Under the pieces are notes generated by a model. It saw nothing but the letters and a program-made list of their open reading frames with translations, did not search any database and was not told where the DNA came from. Shown piece after piece: positions 18,606 to 27,808 of a stretch of 50,220 nt of DNA (position 1 is the stretch's first letter; each line of letters opens with the position of its first letter). This stretch comes from a virus (lineage: Duplodnaviria > Caudoviricetes). A program made the position numbers and the translations under genes. The DNA is taken from IMG/VR virus record IMGVR_UViG_3300048852_000106, positions 1 to 50,220 of that record, one strand, 5' to 3'.

Positions 18606-18656
18606 CTCAGTTCTCCAGAAAGGTGAGCGCGGCGTGAGCCTTCACGCCGGCGTCGA

Positions 18657-19727
18657 TTACGCGAGGACGCGGGCCCGGAACGTCCGGTTCGGGTTGACCG
18701 GGATCATCAGCGGAGCCGACTGACTCATGATGAAACGGGCCGGCGGGTCGTTCTCGTCCCACATCTTCGGGAAGATGTCGGTCGGCTGGAGGTTGTTGTG
18801 ATCGAGGATGGCGCCGAAGGCGCGAACCCCTTCCACACCAGGAGCTGACAGAACGATATCGCGCGGATCCATGATGTTGGCGGTCGAGCCGTCATCATTC
18901 TGGAAGGTGCCCGAGTAGACGTAGCACTCGATGCCAGCGCCGAGAGTGCCGACATAGGTCGCCGGCTGATCGACATCGCGGCGGAGAATCCCGCGGTTCA
19001 GGTTGATGTCGGACGGGCTGCGATAACGGGTGTCCATCGCATCCTTCAGACCGGTGTCAGCCTGGGCCACAGCCCACGCGCTGGCACCGAAGGTGATGCG
19101 GTTCGGGAAGCCGCCGAACGCAGCCCCGGCCATCGTGTTGGCCCATCCTTGGATGGTGCCGAGGATGGACACGCCTGCATCGCCCCAGCGAGCGCCAGAG
19201 CCGAGAACGACGGTATGACCGGCATCGCGACCGAAGGATACCGTCACCGACGGATAGTTCGAGCCGCCGTCGCGAATGTAGTTCACGGTCACCGCGCCAT
19301 CGAGGATGGCCTTGGCGGCCATGAAATCCCAGAGGCGGGTGATGGCATTGCGCTGGAACTGCGCGATGCGGATGACCTCGGCGTCGAAGCGCGCCTGAGG
19401 CGTCACCTGCGGCATGCCGAGGATTTCGCCGGGCTGGCGCTTGAGCATCTCCGTCGGGCGGACCGCATCCTTCGGCTTGGTGTAGGCCGGGCGGAAGGAC
19501 TGCAGGGTCTCGCCCTGGCGGCGGTAGATCGGCTTGCCCTGCTCATTGGGGAGCATGAACGGAGCGATCTTGCGGGAGCTCGGGATCTTCTCGAAATAGA
19601 TTTCCTCTGCCGTCGAGAGGAAGGTGTCCGGGAAGAACTGGTCGAGCCAGTAGGAGGTCGGCGCGTCCAGGCGATCATCGTACATGATCCTGTAGAGTTG
19701 CCGAGAAGTGTAGAAATCGAGGGCCAT
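18657..19727 (-). CDS. Major capsid protein, lambda gpE family
   Basis: IAPF...FRPAYTKPKD and QSAPLMIP motifs. Confidence 0.93.
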   Translation of the reverse strand: MALDFYTSRQLYRIMYDDRLDAPTSYWLDQFFPDTFLSTAEEIYFEKIPSSRKIAPFMLPNEQGKPIYRRQGETLQSFRPAYTKPKDAVRPTEMLKRQPGEILGMPQVTPQARFDAEVIRIAQFQRNAITRLWDFMAAKAILDGAVTVNYIRDGGSNYPSVTVSFGRDAGHTVVLGSGARWGDAGVSILGTIQGWANTMAGAAFGGFPNRITFGASAWAVAQADTGLKDAMDTRYRSPSDINLNRGILRRDVDQPATYVGTLGAGIECYVYSGTFQNDDGSTANIMDPRDIVLSAPGVEGVRAFGAILDHNNLQPTDIFPKMWDENDPPARFIMSQSAPLMIPVNPNRTFRARVLA

Positions 19728-19771
19728 GTATGTGACGCCTTTCCTGAGTTCGAGCTACCGGATCGCCGTTT

Positions 19772-20194
19772 CTACGGAACGGTCATCGTCCGGGGCGCGC
19801 GGATGACAATGCTGGTGGGGGTCGGAGCACCGTTGAATGCCGACTTCTTCTTGTCGACGGTGTCATAGGAGGCCGGCCAATTGATCATGTCGGGGTTGAA
19901 GACGCCCTGACGGTAGATCGGCGCACGGGTCGTGGTCTCGCCGGCGCCGGTGACGACAGCGACGAGGGTGATGCCGACCGCCTGGGTCGTACCCTGCACG
20001 GCAGGCACGAGAGCGCCCGACGAGAAGCCGACCGGCGTGCGAGCCGGAATGTTTTGGCTGGCAGCCACGAGTTCGTCCGTCGTGACAACGGAGGGCTCAT
20101 CGCCGGTGATGAACGGATCGAAGTTCGTGATGCTCTCGGTGGAGCTGGCGGCGATACCAGCGGTATCGCCGCTGGACGGGATATCGATAGCCAT
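19772..20194 (-). CDS. Head decoration protein (lambda gpD-like)
   Basis: AVGIT...IYRQGVFNPDMINWP motif; between protease and capsid. Confidence 0.85.
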   Translation of the reverse strand: MAIDIPSSGDTAGIAASSTESITNFDPFITGDEPSVVTTDELVAASQNIPARTPVGFSSGALVPAVQGTTQAVGITLVAVVTGAGETTTRAPIYRQGVFNPDMINWPASYDTVDKKKSAFNGAPTPTSIVIRAPRTMTVP

Positions 20195-20232
20195 AGGATG
20201 AGGTCTCCTCTATCCGAATGAGTTGCGGGTGA

Positions 20233-20643
20233 TCAGGCGACCTTGCGCGGGGCGTAGCCAGCACTGGCGAAGATGCCCTCGACATCGTCGGCGTCACGCT
20301 GGCCGCTCTCGCCGCCCGCACCCACGACCGGGTTCGGGGTCTGGCCCATGGCCTGCTCGAAGCGATTCGGCTCCTTGGTCTGAGCCTCGGCCTTCGGCGC
20401 AGCCTTAAGCAGCTCGACGGCCGCTGCGGCGTCCATATCGGTGTTGAACGCGAGATGGTTGGCCATGCTCTCACGGCCCTTGGCCTCATCCGAGCCAAGG
20501 ATCTCCTTGCAGCGCGCCTGCATGGAGGTCGCGCCTTCCTTCAGAGCAGCCTCGCGACCAGCCTTTTCACCTTCCGTGCGGCCCTCGGCGCGCGCGGCAT
20601 CCAGAGCGGCTTTGTCGGCCGCTGTCTTGTCCTGAGTGGACAT
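20233..20643 (-). CDS. Nested in-frame scaffolding protein (Nu3-like)
   Basis: Internal ATG (MSTQDKTAAD) preceded by AAGGAG; matches the lambda C/Nu3 arrangement. Confidence 0.65.
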   Translation of the reverse strand: MSTQDKTAADKAALDAARAEGRTEGEKAGREAALKEGATSMQARCKEILGSDEAKGRESMANHLAFNTDMDAAAAVELLKAAPKAEAQTKEPNRFEQAMGQTPNPVVGAGGESGQRDADDVEGIFASAGYAPRKVA

Positions 20644-21522
20644 GTTGTCGTCTCCTTCATCAGGGAACAATTCAGCCGCGAACGCAGCCGTGGCATCCTC
20701 AAGCGAGCCGATCTCATCGGCCAAGCCATTGGACTTTGCTTGTGTGGCGGTGAACGTGAGAGCCTCCGTCTTACGGACTGCGCTCTCGTCCATGCCCCTG
20801 TTCCGTGCCACGGTGGACACGAAAACTCCGTACAGCTCGTCGATGCGAGCTTGAATGCGGTCCTTCACGTCGTCCGGCAGTGCCTCGTAGGCGTTGCCGT
20901 CGACCTTGTGCTTGCCGGCATGAATGAAGGTAATCTTGATGCCCGAGGCATCCATCGCCTTGCTGATGTCGATATGGAAAGTCACGACGCCAATAGAGCC
21001 GACGCCGCCCGTCCGGCTGACGATGATACTGTCGGCAGCCGAGGCGATTGAGTAGGCCGCCGAGTAGGCGCTCTCAGCTGCGAAGGCCCGGATCGGCTTC
21101 TCGCCGCGGGCTGCGAACATCTTGTCGACCAGATCGAAGTTCCCGGCGACATGGCCGCCAGGGCTGTCGATGATCAGCGCGATGCCTCTGACGTTGCCGT
21201 CGGCGAGGCCCCGCTCGAAGGCTTTCCAGATGTAGGTATACCCGGTCGCCCAGGAGCCGAGCTGGTAGCCGAAGTCGTGAAGGAGGACGCCCTTGATCGG
21301 GATCAGCAGGACGCCGTCCTTTACGATGTAGGGTCGGTATACGGAGCGCCAGTCACTGGCATCGAACCAGAAGTCGTCGGCCATGACGGCCGGCGCCTCT
21401 GCCTTCTCGATGCTCTCCAAAATGGAAGAGGCTCGCGCTAGGCAGGCCTCGAACATCCCCTTCATCTCGACCGCGATCAGCGATGGCTGCAGGTCAAAGC
21501 TCGCCAGCAGTGAGTTATGCAT
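20233..21522 (-). CDS. Capsid maturation protease, S49 family (lambda gpC-like)
   Basis: IDSPGG, AYSAAYSIAS, VGSIGV and AGKHK motifs. Confidence 0.93.
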   Translation of the reverse strand: MHNSLLASFDLQPSLIAVEMKGMFEACLARASSILESIEKAEAPAVMADDFWFDASDWRSVYRPYIVKDGVLLIPIKGVLLHDFGYQLGSWATGYTYIWKAFERGLADGNVRGIALIIDSPGGHVAGNFDLVDKMFAARGEKPIRAFAAESAYSAAYSIASAADSIIVSRTGGVGSIGVVTFHIDISKAMDASGIKITFIHAGKHKVDGNAYEALPDDVKDRIQARIDELYGVFVSTVARNRGMDESAVRKTEALTFTATQAKSNGLADEIGSLEDATAAFAAELFPDEGDDNMSTQDKTAADKAALDAARAEGRTEGEKAGREAALKEGATSMQARCKEILGSDEAKGRESMANHLAFNTDMDAAAAVELLKAAPKAEAQTKEPNRFEQAMGQTPNPVVGAGGESGQRDADDVEGIFASAGYAPRKVA

Positions 21523-23152
21523 TCGGGATCACCTCTGGCTGCTCTTCACTCGCAAGGTACACATCGTCTGCGGCCCGCCGGGCAGCCTCATCTCTTTGGA
21601 TAGGCGGCCATGGCAGGCCAACAGCCTCATAGGCCTCTTTCTCGTAGGCGAGCTCCCGCGCCTTCTGATCGATCTGTTCCCGCCAGTCGCGCCCCTGCTC
21701 GCCTGCCTCGTCGGCTAGTGTCGAGACCCCATTGCTGAGGCGCTCTGTTGCGGCCTTGGCCTCCTTCAGAGGATCGACCCAGCCACGGCCGGCGAAGATC
21801 CACTTGCAGCGGGTCCAGGCGATCTGGTTGGCGTAATAGTCATCCGGCGTGCAGTCCGGGATCATGCCGCGGTTGACGGCCTCTTCGAACCACAGGTCGT
21901 AGATGACAGCGCACCAGTGATCGATCAGGAACTGCCGGACCGACGCGAAGTAGCGCCACGCCTCGAGGAGAGAGGCCCGAGCCGAAGAATAGTTCGTCTT
22001 CGAGAAGTCCCGGAAGACGAGCTCGTAGGGCATGTTCAGGCCGGTGCCGATGCTCCGCAACATCACGGTTGCGAAGCTGTCCAACTCGGTCAGCTGCTGA
22101 TTCGGAGCGAAGGCGTTGAGCTTGGTGCCAGGTGGCAGCGGGATCATCGTCCCGCCGGACATCTGAATACGCCACTCATCGATCGACTGCCGATATGCTC
22201 CCATCGGATCGTCGGTCTGGCCGAACATGTCCGCGATCTGCTGGCCTTCGAGCGGTGTTTCCAGCGCCGCGAAGATCAGCGAGTTCAGCACCGCCTTGCG
22301 GAGCTGCTCGCGATTCATGTGGTCGAACATCTTGAAGAGGCGAGCCACGGACGTGATGACGGCCTTGCCGCGTGTCTGGCCGACGCGTTCGCTCTCGAAG
22401 ATGTGGATCACCCGCCGGCGGCCCCATGGCATGTAAGCCGGGATGCGCTCCCACTCGCCGACCCCGTATCCTAGGCCATAGCCGTAGATATCGCCGGGGT
22501 GGGACTTGCGAATGTGATAGGCCGTCGCCGCCGTGGTAACCGGATCAAGCTCGATCCCGCCGCGGAAGTTGACGCTCTCGATCTTGCCCATCGGATTCGA
22601 CAGGCGAGCCGGATCGACAAGCTGCAAGCAGGTATTCCAGCGCGAGCCGTTCCGCTTCGTCCAAAGCGGCAGCGCGAGCGCCTCGCCAGTGGCCGCGATC
22701 GTGCGGGCCTGAAGGCGGGTGGAGGTGTGGAAGTTGTAGCGCAGGCCGGCATCGAACCAGTCGGTGTCGGTGAAGGTGGTGAAGAGTGCCTCCACCTCCC
22801 TGGCCCAGCCATCGACCCAGCCGGCCGGCTTGCCCAGCGTCACCCGATCAGGGTTCGGCTTACAGGTGATCCGGGGCCCAATGACATTGTCGATGAAGGT
22901 CCGCTCGGAGCCGGCGGCGACGCCATTGTTGCGGACCAGGTCGTCAATGCGGCCAGAGATCGTGTCGAGCTCAGGCAGCAGCGCTGCATCCGGAGACAGG
23001 CGCGCCGACGGCCAGGTCGCCATGTCCTTGGCCAGGTACGAGGCGGCATGGTACGAGGTCTCGACCTCGGGCACGGCCATCAGCTCGCGTCCGGTCCGCG
23101 CGTTCCGGGCTTTCAGGCCAGGTGCGCCTCTATGGTTCCAGGATGACTGCAT
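21515..23152 (-). CDS. Portal protein, lambda gpB family
   Basis: DLVRNNG, GQTRG, DFSKTNYSSARASL and WVDPLKE motifs. Confidence 0.95.
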   Translation of the reverse strand: MQSSWNHRGAPGLKARNARTGRELMAVPEVETSYHAASYLAKDMATWPSARLSPDAALLPELDTISGRIDDLVRNNGVAAGSERTFIDNVIGPRITCKPNPDRVTLGKPAGWVDGWAREVEALFTTFTDTDWFDAGLRYNFHTSTRLQARTIAATGEALALPLWTKRNGSRWNTCLQLVDPARLSNPMGKIESVNFRGGIELDPVTTAATAYHIRKSHPGDIYGYGLGYGVGEWERIPAYMPWGRRRVIHIFESERVGQTRGKAVITSVARLFKMFDHMNREQLRKAVLNSLIFAALETPLEGQQIADMFGQTDDPMGAYRQSIDEWRIQMSGGTMIPLPPGTKLNAFAPNQQLTELDSFATVMLRSIGTGLNMPYELVFRDFSKTNYSSARASLLEAWRYFASVRQFLIDHWCAVIYDLWFEEAVNRGMIPDCTPDDYYANQIAWTRCKWIFAGRGWVDPLKEAKAATERLSNGVSTLADEAGEQGRDWREQIDQKARELAYEKEAYEAVGLPWPPIQRDEAARRAADDVYLASEEQPEVIPNA

Positions 23153-23382
23153 CAGAACGAGATCACAAAGGGGCCACGACGGGGGAGAACCGGGTTCTCA
23201 AGCGCCGCGATCTGGCGTCTGAGGTCGTCGATGTAGTTCTGCAGCCGACCGATATTGGCGGCCGTGTAGGTAAGCTTCCGCTCGCCATCCGAGATCGACA
23301 CGACGGACGTGCCGATCGACAGGCGATGCATAGCCTGCTCCGCCTCGGACAGGCGTTGCCGCAGTACGAGGATATCAACCAT
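23152..23382 (-). CDS. gpW-family head-tail joining protein
   Basis: HRLSIG...LTYTAANIGRLQNYI...RRGP. Confidence 0.88.
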   Translation of the reverse strand: MVDILVLRQRLSEAEQAMHRLSIGTSVVSISDGERKLTYTAANIGRLQNYIDDLRRQIAALENPVLPRRGPFVISF

Positions 23383-23389
23383 GTCGCTC

Positions 23390-25303
23390 TCAGATGTATG
23401 GGTCGGATGCCACCGCCACGGGACGGATCGGCGCGGCCTTTGATTGCGGCTTTGCCTCTACAGAGGCCGTAGCGACTACGGTCGTGGCCGGAGCCACGGC
23501 CAACTCTCGCTCGTTCTCGTAGCGGTCCCAGACGGCATCGGGCATGCCGCGAAGACCGAGCTTGATACCGGCGGCTTCCGCCTGCAGCATCGTATCGAGG
23601 CCCTCGTTCGCCTGATTGGGATCCTTGGTCCACCGGTAGACGGTGAAGCCGAAGCGCTTTTGCGGCGTCCGGCGCTCAGACGTCAGCTGGCGGAAATACT
23701 CATCATCAAGGCCTCGCGGGAAACCGACGTATCCAAAGACCTTCGGATCCGTTTTGGCCAAGTTGCGATAGAGTGCCATCTTCAGTACCGAGGTGCCGAA
23801 GTTGTAGAACCGGCTCGAGTACTTCAGCAGTGCGCCGGCGCGGTTGCGCTCCCGCTTGACCCTTGCCAGCAGCGGAGCCCACTCCTCGCCTCGACCACGG
23901 ACCATGATGACCTTGTTGGCCGGATGGCCCTTGGCCCAGCCCCAGACATCTTCCGTCCAGGCATTGCCGTCGATCGCCGTCAAGTCGGCTTTCAGCTTCA
24001 ATCCAAAGCTGTTCGGCCATTCCTGGACAACAAGACCGTCGAGTTGTTCCCGCGTCCGGGCCTCACTGATGTGGCCAGGGACAACGCCGTACTGGATCAC
24101 CCATCGACGACCGTCACGGCCGAATCCGACCAACTGCCACTCAACGCGGTCCGCCTGACAGTCCATGCCATAGCAGAGCAGGAGCGCTCCAGCCGGGATC
24201 TCGCCGCGTGCGTATGTCGAAGCGGCGGCTCGATCCCGCAATCCCTCCCACGGCGGTGCCTCGCCCTGTGCCTTGAAGGCCAAGCCGACGGTATCGTTAA
24301 GGAAGGTCTGCTCGCCGGCCGGGTCGCCTTTGACGTTCAGCCATTCCAGCGCGATCCGCTTCCAGCTCTGTAGATGGCTGTAGGCGGACCAGATGTAGAA
24401 TGACCGGTGGATTTTCTTCATGTGCGGGCGTGCGGCCCGCCATTCCTTCCGCGCGAGCATCCCTGAGCGGTGGTGCTCGTGGATATCCTCGCCGCAGGCG
24501 ACGCAGTTGAAATGCGCGTTCTCCGGGTGCTCCTCGTCCAGATTGGCCAGCATGTTGGCCCAGTCCAGCGTCTGCATGAAGTCGCAATGCGGACACGGGA
24601 CATACAGGCTTTCCTGGCTGCCCTCGTCGTAGTCCTTCGAGATCCGGCACCCTGGCTCGATCAGCGGCGTCGACACCTTGAAGATCTTCGCGAACTCGAT
24701 CGCGCGGGACCGGCTATCGGCTTGGGCCTCCGGGTCGCCGGCAGCATTCATTTCCCACTTCGACAGGTCGTCCTGCACCTGGCGGGGAACAGTCACCTGG
24801 GACAGGGTCGCCGGCGAGTTGGCTCCCGAGATCAGGATCGCGCCGAGACCATCGACGCGCTCCTTGTACATCACAGAATCGGAACCATCGCGGCTCTTCT
24901 GCGGGAAGATCCTTCTTAGAGCCGTCGTGCCCTTGAGCATGGGCGACAGCTTCATCTTCGACCAACGCTGGGCGTTGTTCTCGGTCGGGTGGACGTACAG
25001 CACGTCGCCCGGATCCATAACCATCGACCCGCCGACGAATACGTTAGCCAGTACCGTGCCGCCGAGCTGCGCTGACTTCTTGAGCGTGACGATCCGGCAG
25101 GGATCGTCCGGGCTCAGGGCGACCAAGATCTCGTCGAAGTAGGAAAACCGGTCCCGATTGTACGGTCCAGGCTCAGGGCTTTCGCGCTTCGAAAAGACGA
25201 TGTTGTCTTCGGCCCATTTGCCGTAGTCGACCGGCGGAGGCGGCTCAAGTGCCAGAGCGATGGCGTCCTGGGCCATACGCTCGGGATTCGCCAGCATCGT
25301 CAT
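23390..25303 (-). CDS. Terminase large subunit, lambda gpA family
   Basis: KKSAQLGGT Walker A variant, VSTP, VPCPHC, GMDCQ and NEGLD motifs. Confidence 0.95.
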   Translation of the reverse strand: MTMLANPERMAQDAIALALEPPPPVDYGKWAEDNIVFSKRESPEPGPYNRDRFSYFDEILVALSPDDPCRIVTLKKSAQLGGTVLANVFVGGSMVMDPGDVLYVHPTENNAQRWSKMKLSPMLKGTTALRRIFPQKSRDGSDSVMYKERVDGLGAILISGANSPATLSQVTVPRQVQDDLSKWEMNAAGDPEAQADSRSRAIEFAKIFKVSTPLIEPGCRISKDYDEGSQESLYVPCPHCDFMQTLDWANMLANLDEEHPENAHFNCVACGEDIHEHHRSGMLARKEWRAARPHMKKIHRSFYIWSAYSHLQSWKRIALEWLNVKGDPAGEQTFLNDTVGLAFKAQGEAPPWEGLRDRAAASTYARGEIPAGALLLCYGMDCQADRVEWQLVGFGRDGRRWVIQYGVVPGHISEARTREQLDGLVVQEWPNSFGLKLKADLTAIDGNAWTEDVWGWAKGHPANKVIMVRGRGEEWAPLLARVKRERNRAGALLKYSSRFYNFGTSVLKMALYRNLAKTDPKVFGYVGFPRGLDDEYFRQLTSERRTPQKRFGFTVYRWTKDPNQANEGLDTMLQAEAAGIKLGLRGMPDAVWDRYENERELAVAPATTVVATASVEAKPQSKAAPIRPVAVASDPYI

Positions 25304-25309
25304 CGTCGA

Positions 25310-25930
25310 TTACGCTTCCTCAGGATCCGCAACACCGTCTGAAACAAGCGCCGGCTTCTCTGCCGCTGCCTGTCGCGCCTTCCCTGCTGCTTTCGTCCGG
25401 ACCTTCCTGAACTGATCCCTCAGCAGGTGGAGCACATCGCGCTGCTCAATCTTGAACTCGCCCGCGATCGCGGTGGCGAACTCCGGGAGCGCGCCCTCAA
25501 AGACCCTCACCAGTTCCTCGGCAATCCGTGCCATCTCGCGCCGTGCACCGGCAGCCTCGATATAGCGGCCCTGGCGAGCCAGTTCCTCCTCAGCTTCGCG
25601 GCGGTTCACCCGGCGGATGCTTTCCAGCTTCTGGCGCCGGATTTCTTCTGTAATCTCGTCAGTCAGGTCCGGCTTTGAAGCGTCTTCCCGCTTAGCCGCA
25701 CGCGGCGTAAGTCGCGTCGCTAGACCGTTGCCGGTGGACTGGCCGATGTCCCTCCGGAGGCCAACCTGCCGCTGAGCAATCCCCGCGTTGATCTTCGCTG
25801 ATCGGCCTTCGCCAACGATTGCCTCGCCAGTGATCTTGCCTTCCGTGATCCACTGGGTGACACGCCCTGGGGAGACGTTGCACAGCTTCGCGAAGTCACC
25901 CTTCGAGACGATTTGGTTTGCCATCAACAT
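25310..25930 (-). CDS. Terminase small subunit (Nu1-like)
   Basis: N-terminal wHTH (SKGDFAKLCNVSPGRVTQW) plus coiled coil; upstream of TerL. Confidence 0.85.
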   Translation of the reverse strand: MLMANQIVSKGDFAKLCNVSPGRVTQWITEGKITGEAIVGEGRSAKINAGIAQRQVGLRRDIGQSTGNGLATRLTPRAAKREDASKPDLTDEITEEIRRQKLESIRRVNRREAEEELARQGRYIEAAGARREMARIAEELVRVFEGALPEFATAIAGEFKIEQRDVLHLLRDQFRKVRTKAAGKARQAAAEKPALVSDGVADPEEA

Positions 25931-25959
25931 TTGCCGACACCGGCCTTACCTCGATCTGA

Positions 25960-26090
25960 CTTTAGCTCGTGCGTTTAGCCCCTCGTCTTTAGGGCGCCAT
26001 CGGAACTAAAGAGCCGCTAAAATAAAGAACCCACGTGGCTCAAGGCTCAAATGCGCCCTACCGCCTCGTCCAATCGCTCGTTTTAGGCTT
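25960..26090. repeat. CTAAA/TTTAG repeat cluster, cosB-like candidate TerS binding sites
   Basis: About six TTTAG/CTAAA copies in both orientations between cosN and terS. Confidence 0.5.
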
Positions 26091-26118
26091 CGGAAAATCG
26101 GTCAAACTGGCCAAATCC

Positions 26119-26165
26119 CGGGCCGTTCTCCGCCCGCATTGAGGGGGGGGTGTTGCCAAGGACCC
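26119..26165 (-). other. Lambda-like cos site: cosQ GGGTCCT (26165-26159), 23 nt, then predicted 12-nt cohesive end GGGCGGAGAACG (26135-26124)
   Basis: cosQ is identical to lambda, the spacing equals lambda's and 9/12 bases match GGGCGGCGACCT. Confidence 0.8.
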
Positions 26166-26242
26166 ACACCGTTGCAGGCTTGCAACACTCGCGATGTCAC
26201 AGGGTCACATCGTGCCCCTCGCGTGCCCCCTCTGCCACACCC

Positions 26243-26815
26243 TCACTTGGCATCCAGGATGCGCAGGAGTTCGTGTCCGAGGCGGTTGGCGAGCTCGCTT
26301 TGAGCCACATCGTAGAAGGCTGCCTCGGTCGCGCCTGTCACCATCTCCTGAGGGATGACGACGCCGCTGTCGACGAGCTCGATGGGTGTGCGGGAAGCTG
26401 ACGTTCTGCGGAAGACGTGTCCGCCCATATTGAGCGGGACGCGGTTGGGTTTGCGCCCACCCTTAAGGAAGGCCATCGGGAAGGATGTGCGCTTGCCGAA
26501 GGGCTTGGCACTGACGCCGCCTCTGGCTTCTCGGGGTGAGAAGTACTTGAGGCTGATGTCTCCGCCTCGTGACCAGATCGTGTAGGAGAGGTCGCCGCGC
26601 TGGGCTGCCTTTCTGGTCTTCAGGGCTTTGACGATGGTCTTTCTCTTCAGGCCGGTTTGGGCTGTGAGAGACCTGATCATTGCCGTTCGTGCTTTGGCTC
26701 CGGTGTGGTTGAGAGCCCGTGCGATAGCAACGGGCGCTCTCTTACCGGCCGCTGCGATCTGGTTGCCGAGGCGCGAGATGTCGACGGTGTCGATTCTGAT
26801 CTGGAGCGCCATCAA
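26243..26815 (-). CDS. Lambda gpZ-like minor tail / neck protein
   Basis: AIARALNHT...GHVFRR...RTPI motif. Confidence 0.75.
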   Translation of the reverse strand: MMALQIRIDTVDISRLGNQIAAAGKRAPVAIARALNHTGAKARTAMIRSLTAQTGLKRKTIVKALKTRKAAQRGDLSYTIWSRGGDISLKYFSPREARGGVSAKPFGKRTSFPMAFLKGGRKPNRVPLNMGGHVFRRTSASRTPIELVDSGVVIPQEMVTGATEAAFYDVAQSELANRLGHELLRILDAK

Positions 26816-26839
26816 AACCTCGCGGAACCATAACCTTTA

Positions 26840-27240
26840 GACGTTGAGGCTAGCGGAGCCGTCGGTAGGTTCTCTCTGGTTTGGCTCGCCCTCGCCGCTT
26901 GGGGCGGCGGGTCGACCAGGTGAGAGGGTGATAGGTGCTGCCTATCTGCGCTACCGCTTGATGATTGGCAGAAGGAGTGTTGCCTGCTGCCAATCGGTTG
27001 GTCAATGGGGCGTCGCGTGGTGTTTGGAATTACCCTTACACCTGGATCGGACGGGACGGTTTGTTGCAAGCCCTTGAAGGATCTGGCTTTCCCGCTGCCG
27101 TGGCTGGCATCATGAACTATAAGCATGATGCTAGATTTAGTTGGCTCCGATCGATGGATGAGGCGTTGACAGCGATCGGGCGGTTGACCCGGCTATCGCT
27201 CATCTCGCGACGTTTCGTGGCCTGCTTGTGGCAGGCGATT
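26840..27240 (+). ncRNA. Candidate roughly 400-nt multi-domain structured RNA of unknown family
   Basis: More than 12 nested helices found by hand, with G-U wobbles consistently on the + strand; no convincing ORF. Confidence 0.55.
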
Positions 27241-27254
27241 CTTGTGCCGCTGGG

Positions 27255-27773
27255 CTATGCCCGGGCAAATTCACCGTGCTCTTGCCGAGCAACTTCCATA
27301 TAGGCAGCGTGCGCAACTTCAGGCGTATCGAATGTCCCAATGTGCCGCGCCTTGCCTCCAATACGGATTTGGGCTCGGTACCGCTGCGTCTGGCGGTCAA
27401 AGTACACGCCTTTCAGACCGACCGAATTGTTAGCTCTCACACCTGAGTTAGCCCGGTTCTGGGCATCAGTAGCGAGCCGGAGGTTGGCAAGACGATTGTC
27501 ATCACGATCGAGATTCACGTGATCGATCATCATCCCCTCAGGCACCGGTCCGTAGGCATAAGTCCACACCAGGCGATGTACCGGATGGCGATAACCGCCA
27601 ATTTTCACATATCGATATCCGCGGGGATGCACCGTTCCGGCGACTGTGCCCGCGTATTTCGTGTTCCAGTCCTTCGGCCTGTCAGGTCGAAGGCGCCATA
27701 AAAGAGGGCCGGTTGCCTCGTCAAAATCAAAAAGTAGGCGCAACAAATCCTGAGATGGCGATGGTTTCGTCAT
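27255..27773 (-). CDS. HNH endonuclease with C-terminal AP2 domain; start revised to ATG at 27773
   Basis: HRLVW...IDHVNLDRDDNRLANLR and GLKGV...YRAQI...IGTFDTPEVAHAAY...HGEFA. Confidence 0.92.
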   Translation of the reverse strand: MTKPSPSQDLLRLLFDFDEATGPLLWRLRPDRPKDWNTKYAGTVAGTVHPRGYRYVKIGGYRHPVHRLVWTYAYGPVPEGMMIDHVNLDRDDNRLANLRLATDAQNRANSGVRANNSVGLKGVYFDRQTQRYRAQIRIGGKARHIGTFDTPEVAHAAYMEVARQEHGEFARA

Positions 27774-27808
27774 CTGGCGCAATCCCCGGCTCAAGGTGTT
27801 CAAACTAT

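Noticed and set aside
26856-26887. Group II intron domain V look-alike (GAGCCG...GGCTC)
   Set aside because: No GNRA loop or AC bulge, it sits at the 5' end of the structured region, and there is no reverse transcriptase
27110-27145. Group I intron R/S-like words (GAACTA...AGATTTAGTT)
   Set aside because: Spacing too short for P3/P8 and no interrupted host gene identified; cannot be supported by eye
26812-27303. ORFs 26812..27126, 26844..27077 and 26965..27303
   Set aside because: No RBS or recognisable motifs; the region is better explained by RNA structure
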